Position numbers and translations under genes: made by a program. Shown here piece by piece: positions 19,637-29,483 of a stretch of 35,878 nt of DNA (position 1 is its first letter; every line of letters starts with the position of its first letter). This DNA is from an uncultured Chitinophaga sp. Lineage in GTDB: Bacteria; Bacteroidota; Bacteroidia; 2-12-FULL-35-15. The notes below the pieces were generated by a model. That model made no database searches. It had not been told where the DNA came from and saw nothing but the letters and a program-made list of their open reading frames with translations. Location: positions 13,049 through 48,926 of the forward strand of contig CAZMRM010000001.1 of assembly GCA_964568515.1 (NCBI GenBank), written 5' to 3'.

Positions 19637-20710
19637 TTATCCGGCTTTATTCTGTTTTTCATTTTCCTGCCTGGCGCCCAATACCTCTTTTAAGTTGGGA
19701 CGTAACCGGCTCTTATAGACAGATAAGCAATCTTCCTTTTTACGCCCCTTGCGCAATGCCCGTTGCTCTTCTATCGGCAGGGCAGCAATGTGCATGCATT
19801 CCGGTGTGCAGCATCCTTTCATTCTTTCTGCACATTTTTGGCATTGTATAAACAATAAATGACAATCGTCATTTGCACAATTCACGTGTGTGTCGCATGA
19901 TTCTCCGCATTGGTGACACTGAGCGATCACATCATCCGTAATCCGTTCACCGACACGTTCATCAAAAACAAAATTTTTTCCGACAAATTTCGAGGGTAAT
20001 CCTTCTGCCTTAATCTGTCTCACATAATCTATGATTCCGCCATGAAGCTGATTTACATCCTTAAATCCATGATGTTTAAGATAGGCACTGGCTTTTTCAC
20101 AGCGTATGCCACCCGTACAATACATGATAATTTTTTTATCCTTTTTATCCTTTAGTTCCTCAATGACCAGTGGTAATTCCTCACGAAAAGTATCTGCATC
20201 CGGACAAAAAGCACCTTCAAACCTGCCTACTTCACTTTCATAATGGTTTCGCATATCCACTATAACAGTGTCCTTGCTTTCCATAGCTTCGTTAAATTCT
20301 TTTGCGGTTAAATGTTTTCCAACATTGGTAACATCAAAAGCACTTTCGTCCAGGCCATCGGCAACAATTTTGGGGCGAACCTTTATTGTTAGTTTGTAAA
20401 ATGACTTGCCATCATCCTCAACGGCGATTTTAAAAGGCATGTCTTTAAAGAGTGTTTCTTTTTCGATGTTGTATTTGAAGATTTCCCAGTTTTCTTCGGG
20501 TACACAAAGCTGAGCATTGATTCCTTCCTGGGCAATATAAATTCGTCCAAGAACATGAAGCTTATTCCATTCAAAAAACAAGCGGTCGCGAAGTTCTTGC
20601 GGATGCTTGATAATTACATAGCGGTAAAACGAAACAGTGATTCGTTTAATGGTTTCTTCCTGAATTCGTTTTTTAAGCTCCTTTTTGTTAACTCTGTTTT
20701 GCAGTAACAT
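19637..20710 (-). CDS. trhO: Rhodanese-domain tRNA uridine(34) hydroxylase (UPF0176/YceA family)
   Basis: 357 aa. It has the rhodanese active-site loop MYCTGGIRCEKASAYL and a Cys-rich C-terminal domain (CHQCGESCDTHVNCANDDCHLLFIQCQKC). Confidence 0.85.
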   Translation of the reverse strand: MLLQNRVNKKELKKRIQEETIKRITVSFYRYVIIKHPQELRDRLFFEWNKLHVLGRIYIAQEGINAQLCVPEENWEIFKYNIEKETLFKDMPFKIAVEDDGKSFYKLTIKVRPKIVADGLDESAFDVTNVGKHLTAKEFNEAMESKDTVIVDMRNHYESEVGRFEGAFCPDADTFREELPLVIEELKDKKDKKIIMYCTGGIRCEKASAYLKHHGFKDVNQLHGGIIDYVRQIKAEGLPSKFVGKNFVFDERVGERITDDVIAQCHQCGESCDTHVNCANDDCHLLFIQCQKCAERMKGCCTPECMHIAALPIEEQRALRKGRKKEDCLSVYKSRLRPNLKEVLGARQENEKQNKAG

Positions 20711-20736
20711 AGTGTCAGGGGGATTAAAATGAACTA

Positions 20737-20744
20737 CAAAGATA
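20737..20744 (-). promoter_or_regulatory. -7 promoter box TATCTTTG for trhO
   Basis: The plus strand reads CAAAGATA, 27 nt upstream of the trhO ATG. Confidence 0.45.
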
Positions 20745-20818
20745 TTTCATTTAAACAAATAAATAACACAAAATCTACAGAAACCATTGACAGGCTAATA
20801 AGACAATCAATTAAATTT

Positions 20819-20826
20819 TAACTTTG
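20819..20826 (+). promoter_or_regulatory. -7 promoter box TAACTTTG for tdh
   Basis: It matches TAnnTTTG exactly and lies 25 nt upstream of the ATG at 20852. Confidence 0.5.
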
Positions 20827-20851
20827 CCACTCATAAGAATTGATTCATCCA

Positions 20852-21817
20852 ATGCATAAGCGCGAGAAAATATTAATCATCGGTTCTTCCGGTCAGATAG
20901 GGACTGAATTGGTACACCACTTAAGATCCATTCATGGAATTGAAAATGTTATTGCTTCCGATATAAAATTAACGGATCAGGCGAAAGAAGGACCTTTTGA
21001 TGTTTTGGATGTCATGAATGCGGAAGGACTTTTTAACGTCGTTAAACGTCATCAGATCACTCAGGTTTACCTGCTTGCTGCCTTATTATCGGCAACAGCA
21101 GAGAAAATGCCCAAATTTGGATGGGATCTGAACATGATCGGGTTGTTTAATGTACTGGATCTTGCAAAAGAAAAGCACATTGAAAAAGTGTACTGGCCCA
21201 GCTCGATTGCTGTTTTTGGCCCAAATACACCAAAAGAAAATACACCGCAATATACCATCATGGAACCAAGTACGGTATATGGAATCAGTAAACAGGCAGG
21301 TGAGCGTTGGTGTGAATATTATTTCCACAAGTATGGGGTGGATGTAAGAAGCTTACGTTACCTGGGACTGATCAGCTGGGGCTCTGAGCCAGGGGGGGGG
21401 ACAACAGATTACGCGGTTCATATTTTTCATGAAGCAATAAAAACCGGGACTTACTCTTGCTTTTTATCAGAGAATAGTATTCTTCCAATGATGTATATGC
21501 CGGATGCCATAAAAGCCACTTTGGACCTGATGCAGGCCGATTCTGAAAAAATAAAGATACGCTCCAGCTATAATCTGTCAGCATTTAGCTTTTCTCCAAA
21601 GGAATTGGCAGAAGAAATACGTAAGTTCATCCCTGATTTTAAGATCACTTATCAGACAGATTCCCGTCAGCAAATTGCTGACAGCTGGCCAAAAAGTATT
21701 GATTCATCGAACGCTAAAGCCGATTGGGGATGGGAACCTGCATACGATCTTACTAAAATGACAGAAGACATGATTGTTCATTTAAAAAAAATTTATGCGG
21801 TGAAACCTTTACAATAG
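20852..21817 (+). CDS. tdh: NAD-dependent L-threonine 3-dehydrogenase, GalE-like short-chain type
   Basis: It carries IIGSSGQIGTEL, SSIAVFGPNTPKENTPQYTIMEPSTVYGISKQAGERWCEYY and PGGGTTDYAV, which closely resemble the flavobacterial GalE-like TDH family. The track start at 20840 is a TTG, so I prefer the ATG at 20852. Confidence 0.85.
   Translation: MHKREKILIIGSSGQIGTELVHHLRSIHGIENVIASDIKLTDQAKEGPFDVLDVMNAEGLFNVVKRHQITQVYLLAALLSATAEKMPKFGWDLNMIGLFNVLDLAKEKHIEKVYWPSSIAVFGPNTPKENTPQYTIMEPSTVYGISKQAGERWCEYYFHKYGVDVRSLRYLGLISWGSEPGGGTTDYAVHIFHEAIKTGTYSCFLSENSILPMMYMPDAIKATLDLMQADSEKIKIRSSYNLSAFSFSPKELAEEIRKFIPDFKITYQTDSRQQIADSWPKSIDSSNAKADWGWEPAYDLTKMTEDMIVHLKKIYAVKPLQ
21392..21400 (+). repeat. 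G9 homopolymer inside tdh (codons GGG-GGG-GGG of the PGGGTTDY motif)
   Basis: Read directly from the sequence: nine consecutive G, in frame, in an otherwise AT-rich genome. Confidence 0.99.
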
Positions 21818-21936
21818 AGGGGCGTAGAAGCTTTAAGTTATACTTTAATAACATTAAATTCATTGCTAATTCCTCCTTTAGAATGAAATTTCAGGTTTAA
21901 TAACTGGACACTAGTAAGCACTCTATATCTCAACTA

Positions 21937-22815
21937 ATGAAAAAAGCGATACTCATACTATTATTTATTACTTATAAAATTGGTATTGCACAATCATTTG
22001 AACTGATTGGAAACGATACTATCAATTTTACAGACACCTTTGGTAAAAGGCAAGGTAAATGGATTATTTTCAACAAAGATTTGCACCGTGAAGGATATGC
22101 CGATGATCAAAAAGTAGAAGAAGGTAAATTCATCGATAGTAAAAAAACCGGTATCTGGAAAGAATATTATCCCAATACAAATATTAAAAGCATTATTACT
22201 TATGAAAATAACCGTCCGAGTGGTTATGCAAAAATGTATCATGATAATGGTAAAATAAAAGAAGAAGGCTTATGGAAGAACAACCGATGGGTTGGTGATT
22301 ATAAACTTTATTATGAAAATGGCCAGGTACAACAAGCCTTTCAATTTAATGTAAACGGTAAAAGAGAAGGTACACAAACTTATTATTACGATAATGGCCA
22401 GGTCATGATTGCCGGGAACTGGGCAGAAGGTAAAGAGTCGGGAGTATTAAAAGAATATTATGAAAACGGTGATCTGAAATCAGAAAAGAATTTCAATGGC
22501 GGCACAATGGACGAATCGAGCGTTAAAAATTATGAACCTAAAAAGGAAATTGCTGTAAAACCAGCAGAAAAAGTACCTGAACCTCCTCCAATTATTGCTC
22601 AAAAAACAGAAAAAGACAATTTAGGAAAAACATTTAATGGCGAAGGTTATTGGAAATTGTACAATACGAATAAACAGATTTCAAAAGACGGAACATTTGT
22701 AAAAAACCGATTAATTGACGGGAAAGTCTATCATTATTCACCTGACGGAATTTTAACAAGAATCGCAGTTTATAAAGATGGTAAATATGTAGGTGATAGT
22801 GTTATAGAAGAATAA
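21937..22815 (+). CDS. Secreted MORN-repeat-variant (YwqK-like) protein
   Basis: 292 aa. It has the signal peptide MKKAILILLFITYKIGIAQ. It carries repeated G-x-W-x-x-Y-Y-x-N-G units (WKEYYPNTN, YKLYYENGQ, QTYYYDNGQ, LKEYYENGD) and a Pro/Lys-rich linker. Confidence 0.8.
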   Translation: MKKAILILLFITYKIGIAQSFELIGNDTINFTDTFGKRQGKWIIFNKDLHREGYADDQKVEEGKFIDSKKTGIWKEYYPNTNIKSIITYENNRPSGYAKMYHDNGKIKEEGLWKNNRWVGDYKLYYENGQVQQAFQFNVNGKREGTQTYYYDNGQVMIAGNWAEGKESGVLKEYYENGDLKSEKNFNGGTMDESSVKNYEPKKEIAVKPAEKVPEPPPIIAQKTEKDNLGKTFNGEGYWKLYNTNKQISKDGTFVKNRLIDGKVYHYSPDGILTRIAVYKDGKYVGDSVIEE

Positions 22816-22857
22816 TTATCCCTGTTATTACAATCCTGAAAAAACTTAATACCTTTG

Positions 22858-22887
22858 GACGTATGAAAAATCATACGTCTTTTTTTT
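22858..22887 (+). terminator. Intrinsic terminator after the MORN gene
   Basis: Perfect 9-bp stem GACGTATGA / TCATACGTC with the loop aaaa, followed by T8. Confidence 0.85.
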
Positions 22888-22931
22888 GAGAAAAAAGAAC
22901 GTTAACTTATTTAAAAGACTCTAAATTATTT

Positions 22932-24404
22932 ATGCAGGATCAACTGTTTATTTACAACACACTTTCTCGAAAGAAAGAACAATTTAAACCGATTACACCG
23001 GGTATGGTAGGTATTTATGTGTGTGGACCAACTGTATACAGTGATGTACACCTGGGCAATTGCCGTACTTTCATTTCATTTGATTTAATATACCGCTACT
23101 TTCTTCATTTAGGATTCAAGGTTCGTTATGTTCGTAATATCACAGATGCAGGTCATTTGGAAGGTGATCGTGATGAAGGTGATGACAAGTTTGCAAAAAA
23201 AGCAAAATTAATGCAACTGGAGCCTATGGAGATTGTGCAAAAGTATACAGTAGGCTTTCATGATGTGATGCGGGAATTAAACAATCTTCCACCTAGTATA
23301 GAACCCACTGCAACAGGACATATATGTGAACAGATCGAAATGATCAAACAGATTATAGCAAATGGATTTGCATACGAAATAAACGGCACTGTTTATTTTG
23401 ACATTGAAAAATACAATGAGAAATTTGATTATGGTCAGTTGACCAACCGTAAATTAGAACAACTGTATGAAGGAACACGTGAATTGAATGGTCAGGATGA
23501 AAAAAAGGGACGTCTTGATTTTGCTTTGTGGATTGCCGCAAAGCCTGAGACACTTATGCGTTGGCCATCACCATGGGGCTGGGGATTTCCGGGATGGAAC
23601 ATAGAATGTTCTGCAATGAGCAGTAAGTATTTAGGAGACACCTTTGACATTCATGGTGGAGGAATGGACCTGCAGGCAACGCATCATACCAACGAAATAG
23701 CACAGTCACAGGCATGTAATCACAAGGCTCCTGTTAATTATTGGATTCATACCAATATGTTAACGGTGAATGGAACAAGGATGTCAAAATCTGCCGGTAA
23801 TGGTTTTTTACCCCATGAGTTATTTACCGGTGATCATCCCTTATTGGAAAAAGGGTACAGCCCAATGGCTGTACGTTTTTTCATGATGCAAACCCATTAT
23901 CGCAGCACACTTGATTTTTCGAATGAGGCATTACAAGCCTCTGAAAAAGGTTACAGCCGGTTAATGACTGCGATGAAAACAATGGAAACATTAAATTCAT
24001 CTGCTACTTCTACATCCGACATTCCTGCATTAAAAAAGAAATGCTATGACGCGATGAATGACGATTTCAATTCTCCTATACTTGTTGCTAATTTATTTGA
24101 AGGTGTACGTATCATCAATTCTGTTCATGATGGGAAAGAAACAATTACTGCCGCTGATCTGAAAACATTACAGGAACTTATGCGGGGTTTTGTTTTTGAT
24201 GTTCTTGGATTAAAGGCCGAACAAGGATCAGCCGGGAACGATGCTGTGTTAAACAATGTGATGGAAATTGTATTGAACATGAGGCAAGAAATTAAAACAA
24301 GAAAAGATTTTGCTGCAGCTGACAAACTGCGCGATGAACTCAAAAAAAACAATATCACTGTTAAAGACACGAAAGATGGCGCTGTTTGGGCGATTGAAAG
24401 TTAA
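22932..24404 (+). CDS. cysS: Cysteine--tRNA ligase
   Basis: 490 aa with the class I signatures HLGNCRT (HIGH-like) and RMSKSAGN (KMSKS). Confidence 0.95.
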   Translation: MQDQLFIYNTLSRKKEQFKPITPGMVGIYVCGPTVYSDVHLGNCRTFISFDLIYRYFLHLGFKVRYVRNITDAGHLEGDRDEGDDKFAKKAKLMQLEPMEIVQKYTVGFHDVMRELNNLPPSIEPTATGHICEQIEMIKQIIANGFAYEINGTVYFDIEKYNEKFDYGQLTNRKLEQLYEGTRELNGQDEKKGRLDFALWIAAKPETLMRWPSPWGWGFPGWNIECSAMSSKYLGDTFDIHGGGMDLQATHHTNEIAQSQACNHKAPVNYWIHTNMLTVNGTRMSKSAGNGFLPHELFTGDHPLLEKGYSPMAVRFFMMQTHYRSTLDFSNEALQASEKGYSRLMTAMKTMETLNSSATSTSDIPALKKKCYDAMNDDFNSPILVANLFEGVRIINSVHDGKETITAADLKTLQELMRGFVFDVLGLKAEQGSAGNDAVLNNVMEIVLNMRQEIKTRKDFAAADKLRDELKKNNITVKDTKDGAVWAIES

Positions 24405-25416
24405 TATACTATTTCCTACGATTCAAAAGTATTACCGCAATTTTTTAAAAACTGCGGTAATACTTTTTTCCAGTCTATTACTTGTTTGCTGTCACACAGA
24501 TTCTAAAGAAAAAGTAACAACCACACCAGCACCCCTGCAAAAGCAGAGGGTACCAGTGCCATCCTTCAATACAGATTCTGCTTATTCATTTATAAAAACA
24601 CAAGTGGATTTTGGTCCTCGTATACCGGGTTCTGCTGCCCATGCCGCATGTGCCAATTATCTGGTAGAAAAGTTAAAATCCTACCAATTCGAAACCATTG
24701 TTCAAAAGGGCACTGTACAAACCTTTGATAAAAAAAAATTCAGTTTAAAAAATATTATTGCCTCTTTTAATCCGGAAGCAAGAAGCAGGATTCTTATCTG
24801 TTCGCATTGGGATACTCGTCCCTGGGCAGATGAAGACAGCGGTGAATACGCCAGCAAGCCCTTTGATGGTGCGAATGACGGTGCAAGCGGAGTGGGTATC
24901 GGACTTGAAATCGCAAGGCAGATTAATTTATCAAACCCAACTATTGGTGTGGATATAGCATTCTTTGATCTGGAAGACTATGGAGATCCGGATGGAGATG
25001 ATAAATCCTGGTGCCTGGGTTCACGTTACTGGTCAAGCAATTTACACACGCCAGATTATGCTGCCAACTTCGGAATTCTGTTAGACATGGTTGGTAACAG
25101 CCATGCTATTTTTCCAAAAGAAAAACAATCGGTAGACTTTGCCGCCACTGCTGTGGATAAGGTATGGAAAACTGCTGCTGAATTAGGATATAGCAATTTT
25201 TTTGTTCCTGAAATAAGAGAACATGTAGGTACGGATGATCATATTTTTGTAAACAGGGCAGGCATTCCTTGTATGGACATCATCGAGTATGATCCGAAAA
25301 CAGGAGGTTTTGGAGATTATCACCATACCCGGAAAGACAATATGGATCTCATCGATAAGCAAACGCTGAAGGCTGTGGGACAAACTTTATTACAGGTTAT
25401 TTATACTGAAAACTAA
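24376..25416 (+). CDS. M28-family peptidase-fold lipoprotein, glutaminyl-peptide cyclotransferase-like
   Basis: It has a lipobox, LLLVCC, after a long n-region. Its metal-site motifs are CSHWDTRPWADED, DGANDGASGVGIGLEIAR and FFDLEDYG. I chose the ATG at 24376, which overlaps cysS by 29 nt. There is no canonical in-frame start between the cysS stop and the signal peptide. Confidence 0.8.
   Translation: MALFGRLKVNILFPTIQKYYRNFLKTAVILFSSLLLVCCHTDSKEKVTTTPAPLQKQRVPVPSFNTDSAYSFIKTQVDFGPRIPGSAAHAACANYLVEKLKSYQFETIVQKGTVQTFDKKKFSLKNIIASFNPEARSRILICSHWDTRPWADEDSGEYASKPFDGANDGASGVGIGLEIARQINLSNPTIGVDIAFFDLEDYGDPDGDDKSWCLGSRYWSSNLHTPDYAANFGILLDMVGNSHAIFPKEKQSVDFAATAVDKVWKTAAELGYSNFFVPEIREHVGTDDHIFVNRAGIPCMDIIEYDPKTGGFGDYHHTRKDNMDLIDKQTLKAVGQTLLQVIYTEN
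24425..24469 (+). terminator. Strong intrinsic terminator 20 nt after the cysS stop, lying inside the next gene's coding region
   Basis: Perfect 15-bp stem AAAAGTATTACCGCA / TGCGGTAATACTTTT with a 13-nt A/T loop. The T-run extends to 24469. Confidence 0.8.
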
Positions 25417-25417
25417 A

Positions 25418-26383
25418 ATGAAGATGAAAAAAATACTCATCATACGTTTTAGTTCCATAGGTGACATCATTTTAACCACCCCTGTAACACGCTGCCTGAA
25501 AACACAGCAACCAGAAACCGAAATTCATTACCTAACAAAAAAATCATTCAAATCCATACTGGAAAATAATCCTTACATCGACCGGATACATACCATTGAA
25601 AAAAATGTATCTGAAATTGAAGATGTGTTAAAAAAGGAAAATTTTGATGCAGTAGTCGACCTGCATAATAATCTACGTTCATTTCAAATTAAATGGATGC
25701 TAAAAAAGCCCGTGACTTCTTTCAAAAAATTAAATTTCAGAAAATGGTTACTGGTTAAGTTAAAGATCAATATTATGCCTCCCGTACATGTTGTGGACCG
25801 TTACCTGCAAACGGTTCATCATTTGGGAATACAAAACGATCTGAAAGGATTGGATTATTTTGTTCCTGAAAAGGACGAAGTCGCTTTGAACAGTTTGCCT
25901 TTAAACCATCAGCAGGGTTATATTGGTTTTGTGATCGGGGCAAAACATTTTACCAAGCAATTACCGGTAGAGAAAATAATTTCCATTTGTAAACAAACAG
26001 ATCAACCACTAATTTTATTGGGTGGCAAGGAAGACAGGGAGCGTGGAGAAGAGATTGAAAAGGCTGTAGGCGAAAATGTTTACAATGCCTGTGGTATTTA
26101 CAACCTGAATCAATCGGCCTCGTTGATCAGGCAGGCACAAAAAATTATTTCACATGACACCGGACTAATGCATATTGCTGCAGCTTTTAAAAAAGAAATC
26201 TTTTCTGTTTGGGGAAATACAGTACCCATATTTGGATTTGCACCTTATGCAGCAGCACCTTCATCAAAAATCATAGAGGTAAAGGGGTTATCTTGCAGAC
26301 CTTGTTCTAAGATAGGATATGATAAATGTCCGGAAGGGCATTTCAGATGCATGCGGGATATTGATGAGAACCTGTTTCCTTAA
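25418..26383 (+). CDS. Glycosyltransferase family 9 (heptosyltransferase-like, LPS core)
   Basis: 321 aa. It begins KILIIRFSSIGDIILTTPVTRCLK and has a later HDTGLMHIAAA motif, as in the GT9 family. Confidence 0.85.
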   Translation: MKMKKILIIRFSSIGDIILTTPVTRCLKTQQPETEIHYLTKKSFKSILENNPYIDRIHTIEKNVSEIEDVLKKENFDAVVDLHNNLRSFQIKWMLKKPVTSFKKLNFRKWLLVKLKINIMPPVHVVDRYLQTVHHLGIQNDLKGLDYFVPEKDEVALNSLPLNHQQGYIGFVIGAKHFTKQLPVEKIISICKQTDQPLILLGGKEDRERGEEIEKAVGENVYNACGIYNLNQSASLIRQAQKIISHDTGLMHIAAAFKKEIFSVWGNTVPIFGFAPYAAAPSSKIIEVKGLSCRPCSKIGYDKCPEGHFRCMRDIDENLFP

Positions 26384-26395
26384 ACTTCAACATTA

Positions 26396-26911
26396 TTAAT
26401 TAATAGCAAATAACGCTTTCAGTTCTGTGGCTTCATTTGGCTTCATTTTACCCGCTAAAATAAGACTCAATTGTTTTCTGCGTAAAGCTCCTTCAAAACG
26501 TTTTTTTTCTTCCTCTGTTTCAGGAATAAGTGGAGGAACGGGCAAGGGTGATCCGTTTTGATCGACTGCCACAAAGGTGTAAATAGCTTCGTTGCATTTT
26601 ACTTTTTTACCGGTAACAGGATCTTCCACCCATACGTCAATAAATACTTCCATACTGGTTGTAAATGCTCTTGAAACTTTTGATTCAAGTGTGACAATAC
26701 TTGCATGATTAATGGGATTCTGGAAAGCCACATTGTTTACAGAGGCGGTCACTACCACTCTTTTACAATGCCTGTGTGCTGCAATGGATGCTACAACATC
26801 CATCCATTGTAAAAGCCGTCCTCCAAACAAATTACCTAAGGTGTTGGTATCATTTGGAAGCACAATTTGTGTTTGAGTAGTTAGTGATTCCTTCGCTGTC
26901 TTTGCTTTCAT
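26396..26911 (-). CDS. Acyl-CoA thioesterase (hotdog fold, YciA-like)
   Basis: 171 aa. The sequence PNDTNTLGNLFGGRLLQWMDVVASIAA...VVTASVNNVAFQNP is typical of this family. A TATCTTTG -7 box (plus strand 26926-26933) lies 15 nt upstream. Confidence 0.85.
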   Translation of the reverse strand: MKAKTAKESLTTQTQIVLPNDTNTLGNLFGGRLLQWMDVVASIAAHRHCKRVVVTASVNNVAFQNPINHASIVTLESKVSRAFTTSMEVFIDVWVEDPVTGKKVKCNEAIYTFVAVDQNGSPLPVPPLIPETEEEKKRFEGALRRKQLSLILAGKMKPNEATELKALFAIN

Positions 26912-27005
26912 TGTGTATCTTTTTGCAAAGATAATCAGATTTCCTGAAATTCATTCAGCTTCGTGCTTACTAAACGGATACTTTGTACCTTCGTAAAAAA
27001 AATAC

Positions 27006-27563
27006 ATGGACTATTATCTATATATAAAATCGTTACACATTATTTTCATAGTAACCTGGTTTGCCGGTCTTTTTTATATTGTGAGGCTTTTCGTTTATCA
27101 TGCAGAAGCGGAGCAAAAGACAGAGCCTGAGAAAAGCATCCTTCAGGAACAGTATAAAACGATGGAAAAGCGTTTATTATATGGTATTACCTGGCCATCC
27201 ATGATTCTAACCCTGGTTTTTGGAGGGTGGTTACTGTGGCTGGCACCTTCATTTCTATCCCAGGGCTATTTTATTTTGAAATTGTGTTTTGTGGCAGGGT
27301 TGATTTTATACCATATCCAATGTCATGTCATTTTCAAACGTTTGCAACGGGATGAGGTAAGAAGTTCTTCTTTCAAGTTAAGAATTTTCAATGAGGTTCC
27401 TACAGTGATCTTATTTGCTATTGTATTTCTTATTGTTCTGAAAACAAATACAGGCTGGGTCTGGGGTATGCTGGGCCTAATCATCTTTTCCGCAACCTTG
27501 ATGCTGGCAATTAAACTGTATAAAAAGAGCAGGGACAAAAATGAGAAGAATACGGATCAGTAA
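27006..27563 (+). CDS. hemJ: Protoporphyrinogen IX oxidase HemJ (UPF0093/CopD-like membrane protein)
   Basis: 185 aa. It begins YLYIKSLHIIFIVTWFAGLFYIVRLFVYH and has about 4-5 transmembrane helices, as in the HemJ family. Confidence 0.8.
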   Translation: MDYYLYIKSLHIIFIVTWFAGLFYIVRLFVYHAEAEQKTEPEKSILQEQYKTMEKRLLYGITWPSMILTLVFGGWLLWLAPSFLSQGYFILKLCFVAGLILYHIQCHVIFKRLQRDEVRSSSFKLRIFNEVPTVILFAIVFLIVLKTNTGWVWGMLGLIIFSATLMLAIKLYKKSRDKNEKNTDQ

Positions 27564-27574
27564 CAAAACGATTC

Positions 27575-28609
27575 TTACATTTTTTTATACAGCCATACGT
27601 TTTGTTGCAACTGACGAAGCTCATTTAATTTAACAGTTGCTTCCTTACGATTCGAAAAATCGCCACAGCTTACTATATATAAACCTCTTTCATTTTGTCC
27701 GATGATGGAGGCATTGATGTTTTGCTGCTGGAGCATTTCTATGTATTTCAGTGCATTGGACTCTACTTGGAAACAGCCGGCAACTACATGGAAATTTAAG
27801 TCCATGTTTTTATCGTGTGCAACTGCGACAGCCGTTGTATCTGGCTTTATGGTAGCTACCATTGTTTCTGTCACCGGTTGAACAGAACCGCTTGTCGCTG
27901 CCGCCTTTAAGGAAGAAGTGTCCTTATCTGCCGGTGTTATTTCGGAAACGGCAGCTTCGTCCATTATAACCGTTTTATCCGTTTTCTTTGATTGAAACGG
28001 ATTCACGTTGGCATTGTTTATATTGTTAAACAGATTGGTCTGATAAGGGATCCATATCATTGCTGCTATTAAGGGTACGGCAATGGTAAGTGCAACAATC
28101 CGTTTAATTGTTTTTTTACGACTGGGTAATGCTGCCGGTTCACGGTCCTTTAGTTGCTTTTCGATGCGTTTACCCAGTGTATCTTGTTTGATGGCAGGGG
28201 ATTGAAAGGGAACGAGTCCGAATGCCTCCATCAGGTAGTTTTTAGTAGAAGGCTCAAACTGAATGTTGCGTTCAACATCCCAGTATAAGGCGCCTACATC
28301 TTCTATCACCACTTTTTTTCCAGCTTTTAACCGGTCATTTGCATGATTCACGAAAAGATCGATGTGCTTTAGGGCTCCGGTATAATCAATATTGAGTCCG
28401 TGAGCAATCTGGTTGGCAAGTAATCCATCATTTTGTTTCAAATGTTTATTGAAGACAATATTTTTAGAGGGAGGTGCAAATGTATGCTGAACAGGATGAA
28501 TTTTAGCCGGGCTATAATTGGAAACAAAGCCACCAAAATTAGGGACAATGACACAATCATAGGTGTATAATAATTCGCTAATGTGTTTATCTATTTTCTG
28601 CATCTGCAT
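27575..28609 (-). CDS. HU-CCDC81-like N-terminal domain plus C-terminal SPOR-domain protein
   Basis: The N-terminus reads ISELLYTYDCVIVPNFGGFVSNYSPAKIHP. There is one transmembrane segment, and a C-terminal SPOR-like FHVVAGCFQVESNALKYIEML...GLYIVSCGDFSNRKEA. I moved the start to the ATG at 28609 (MQMQK) to remove the overlap with kdsB. Confidence 0.8.
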   Translation of the reverse strand: MQMQKIDKHISELLYTYDCVIVPNFGGFVSNYSPAKIHPVQHTFAPPSKNIVFNKHLKQNDGLLANQIAHGLNIDYTGALKHIDLFVNHANDRLKAGKKVVIEDVGALYWDVERNIQFEPSTKNYLMEAFGLVPFQSPAIKQDTLGKRIEKQLKDREPAALPSRKKTIKRIVALTIAVPLIAAMIWIPYQTNLFNNINNANVNPFQSKKTDKTVIMDEAAVSEITPADKDTSSLKAAATSGSVQPVTETMVATIKPDTTAVAVAHDKNMDLNFHVVAGCFQVESNALKYIEMLQQQNINASIIGQNERGLYIVSCGDFSNRKEATVKLNELRQLQQNVWLYKKM

Positions 28610-28619
28610 GGAGGTAAAA

Positions 28620-29357
28620 CTACAAAAATTTTGTGAGTTTTTTAAGGTCATCCGGCACATCAACAGCAACACTCTCGTAATCAGTCACCTCAACTTTAAT
28701 TTTATATCCATTCTCAATCCAGCGTAGCTGTTCAAGGCCTTCCGCCATTTCAAGGGAGGAGGGCCTTAAGGCAGTAATTTGTGCCAAAATCTTTGTTTGA
28801 TAAGCATAAATTCCAATGTGTTTATAAAAGGTGTAACCGGCCAGCCATTCGCCTTCTTTTTTGCCCCTGATATGAGGAATGGTTTGACGGCTAAAATAGA
28901 TGGCCTCTTTCTCCTTATTCAATATGACTTTAGGAATATTGGGGTTCAATAAATCATCGTTTGTCATTATTTTTTTTACGAGTGTCGCCAACTGTACGTG
29001 GGGATGATCAAAACAGGAAGCTATTTCATTGATCTGTGAGGGATGAATAAAAGGTTCATCACCCTGAATGTTGATGATCACATCCGCCTTCAGGCCACTG
29101 TTAGTAATTGCTTCAAAGCAGCGGTCCGTACCACTTTGGTGCCGATCGCTTGTCATAACAACATCTCCTCCGAAATCTTTTACATGTTGTTCAATCCGTA
29201 CATCATCTGTTGCAACCAGCACACCTGAAAGACGTTGTGATTTCTTCGCCTGCTCATATACCCTTTGAATCATTGATTTTCCGGCAATATCCACCAGTGG
29301 TTTACCGGGAAAGCGTGTAGATGCATAACGAGCAGGTATAATACCGATTATCTTCAT
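28620..29357 (-). CDS. kdsB: 3-deoxy-manno-octulosonate cytidylyltransferase (CMP-KDO synthetase)
   Basis: 245 aa. It carries IIPARYASTRFPGKPL and NIQGDEPFI. Confidence 0.93.
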   Translation of the reverse strand: MKIIGIIPARYASTRFPGKPLVDIAGKSMIQRVYEQAKKSQRLSGVLVATDDVRIEQHVKDFGGDVVMTSDRHQSGTDRCFEAITNSGLKADVIINIQGDEPFIHPSQINEIASCFDHPHVQLATLVKKIMTNDDLLNPNIPKVILNKEKEAIYFSRQTIPHIRGKKEGEWLAGYTFYKHIGIYAYQTKILAQITALRPSSLEMAEGLEQLRWIENGYKIKVEVTDYESVAVDVPDDLKKLTKFL

Positions 29358-29483
29358 AGTTGTTGTGCTGTGTTATTCTCTTTTAAAGCCATTTAAAATT
29401 TACATCGTTTTGTAAAAATACCAAATAAAAGTGTATCTACTGTTCAACAAAATAGTCCAACATTTTTTGTTAATTTTGCGGCC

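Noticed and set aside
21937-22815. MORN/YwqK-like proteins (also 31300..31818) as antitoxins of a YwqJK-type toxin system
   Set aside because: Both have N-terminal signal or hydrophobic sequences. Neither has an adjacent toxin or deaminase gene. The antitoxin label attached to this family by annotation transfer does not fit the context.
24310-24375. Upstream start of the M28/QC-like ORF as given in the track (24310)
   Set aside because: It would overlap cysS by 95 nt and add a non-signal-like N-terminus. The ATG at 24376 gives a plausible, though long, lipoprotein signal peptide.
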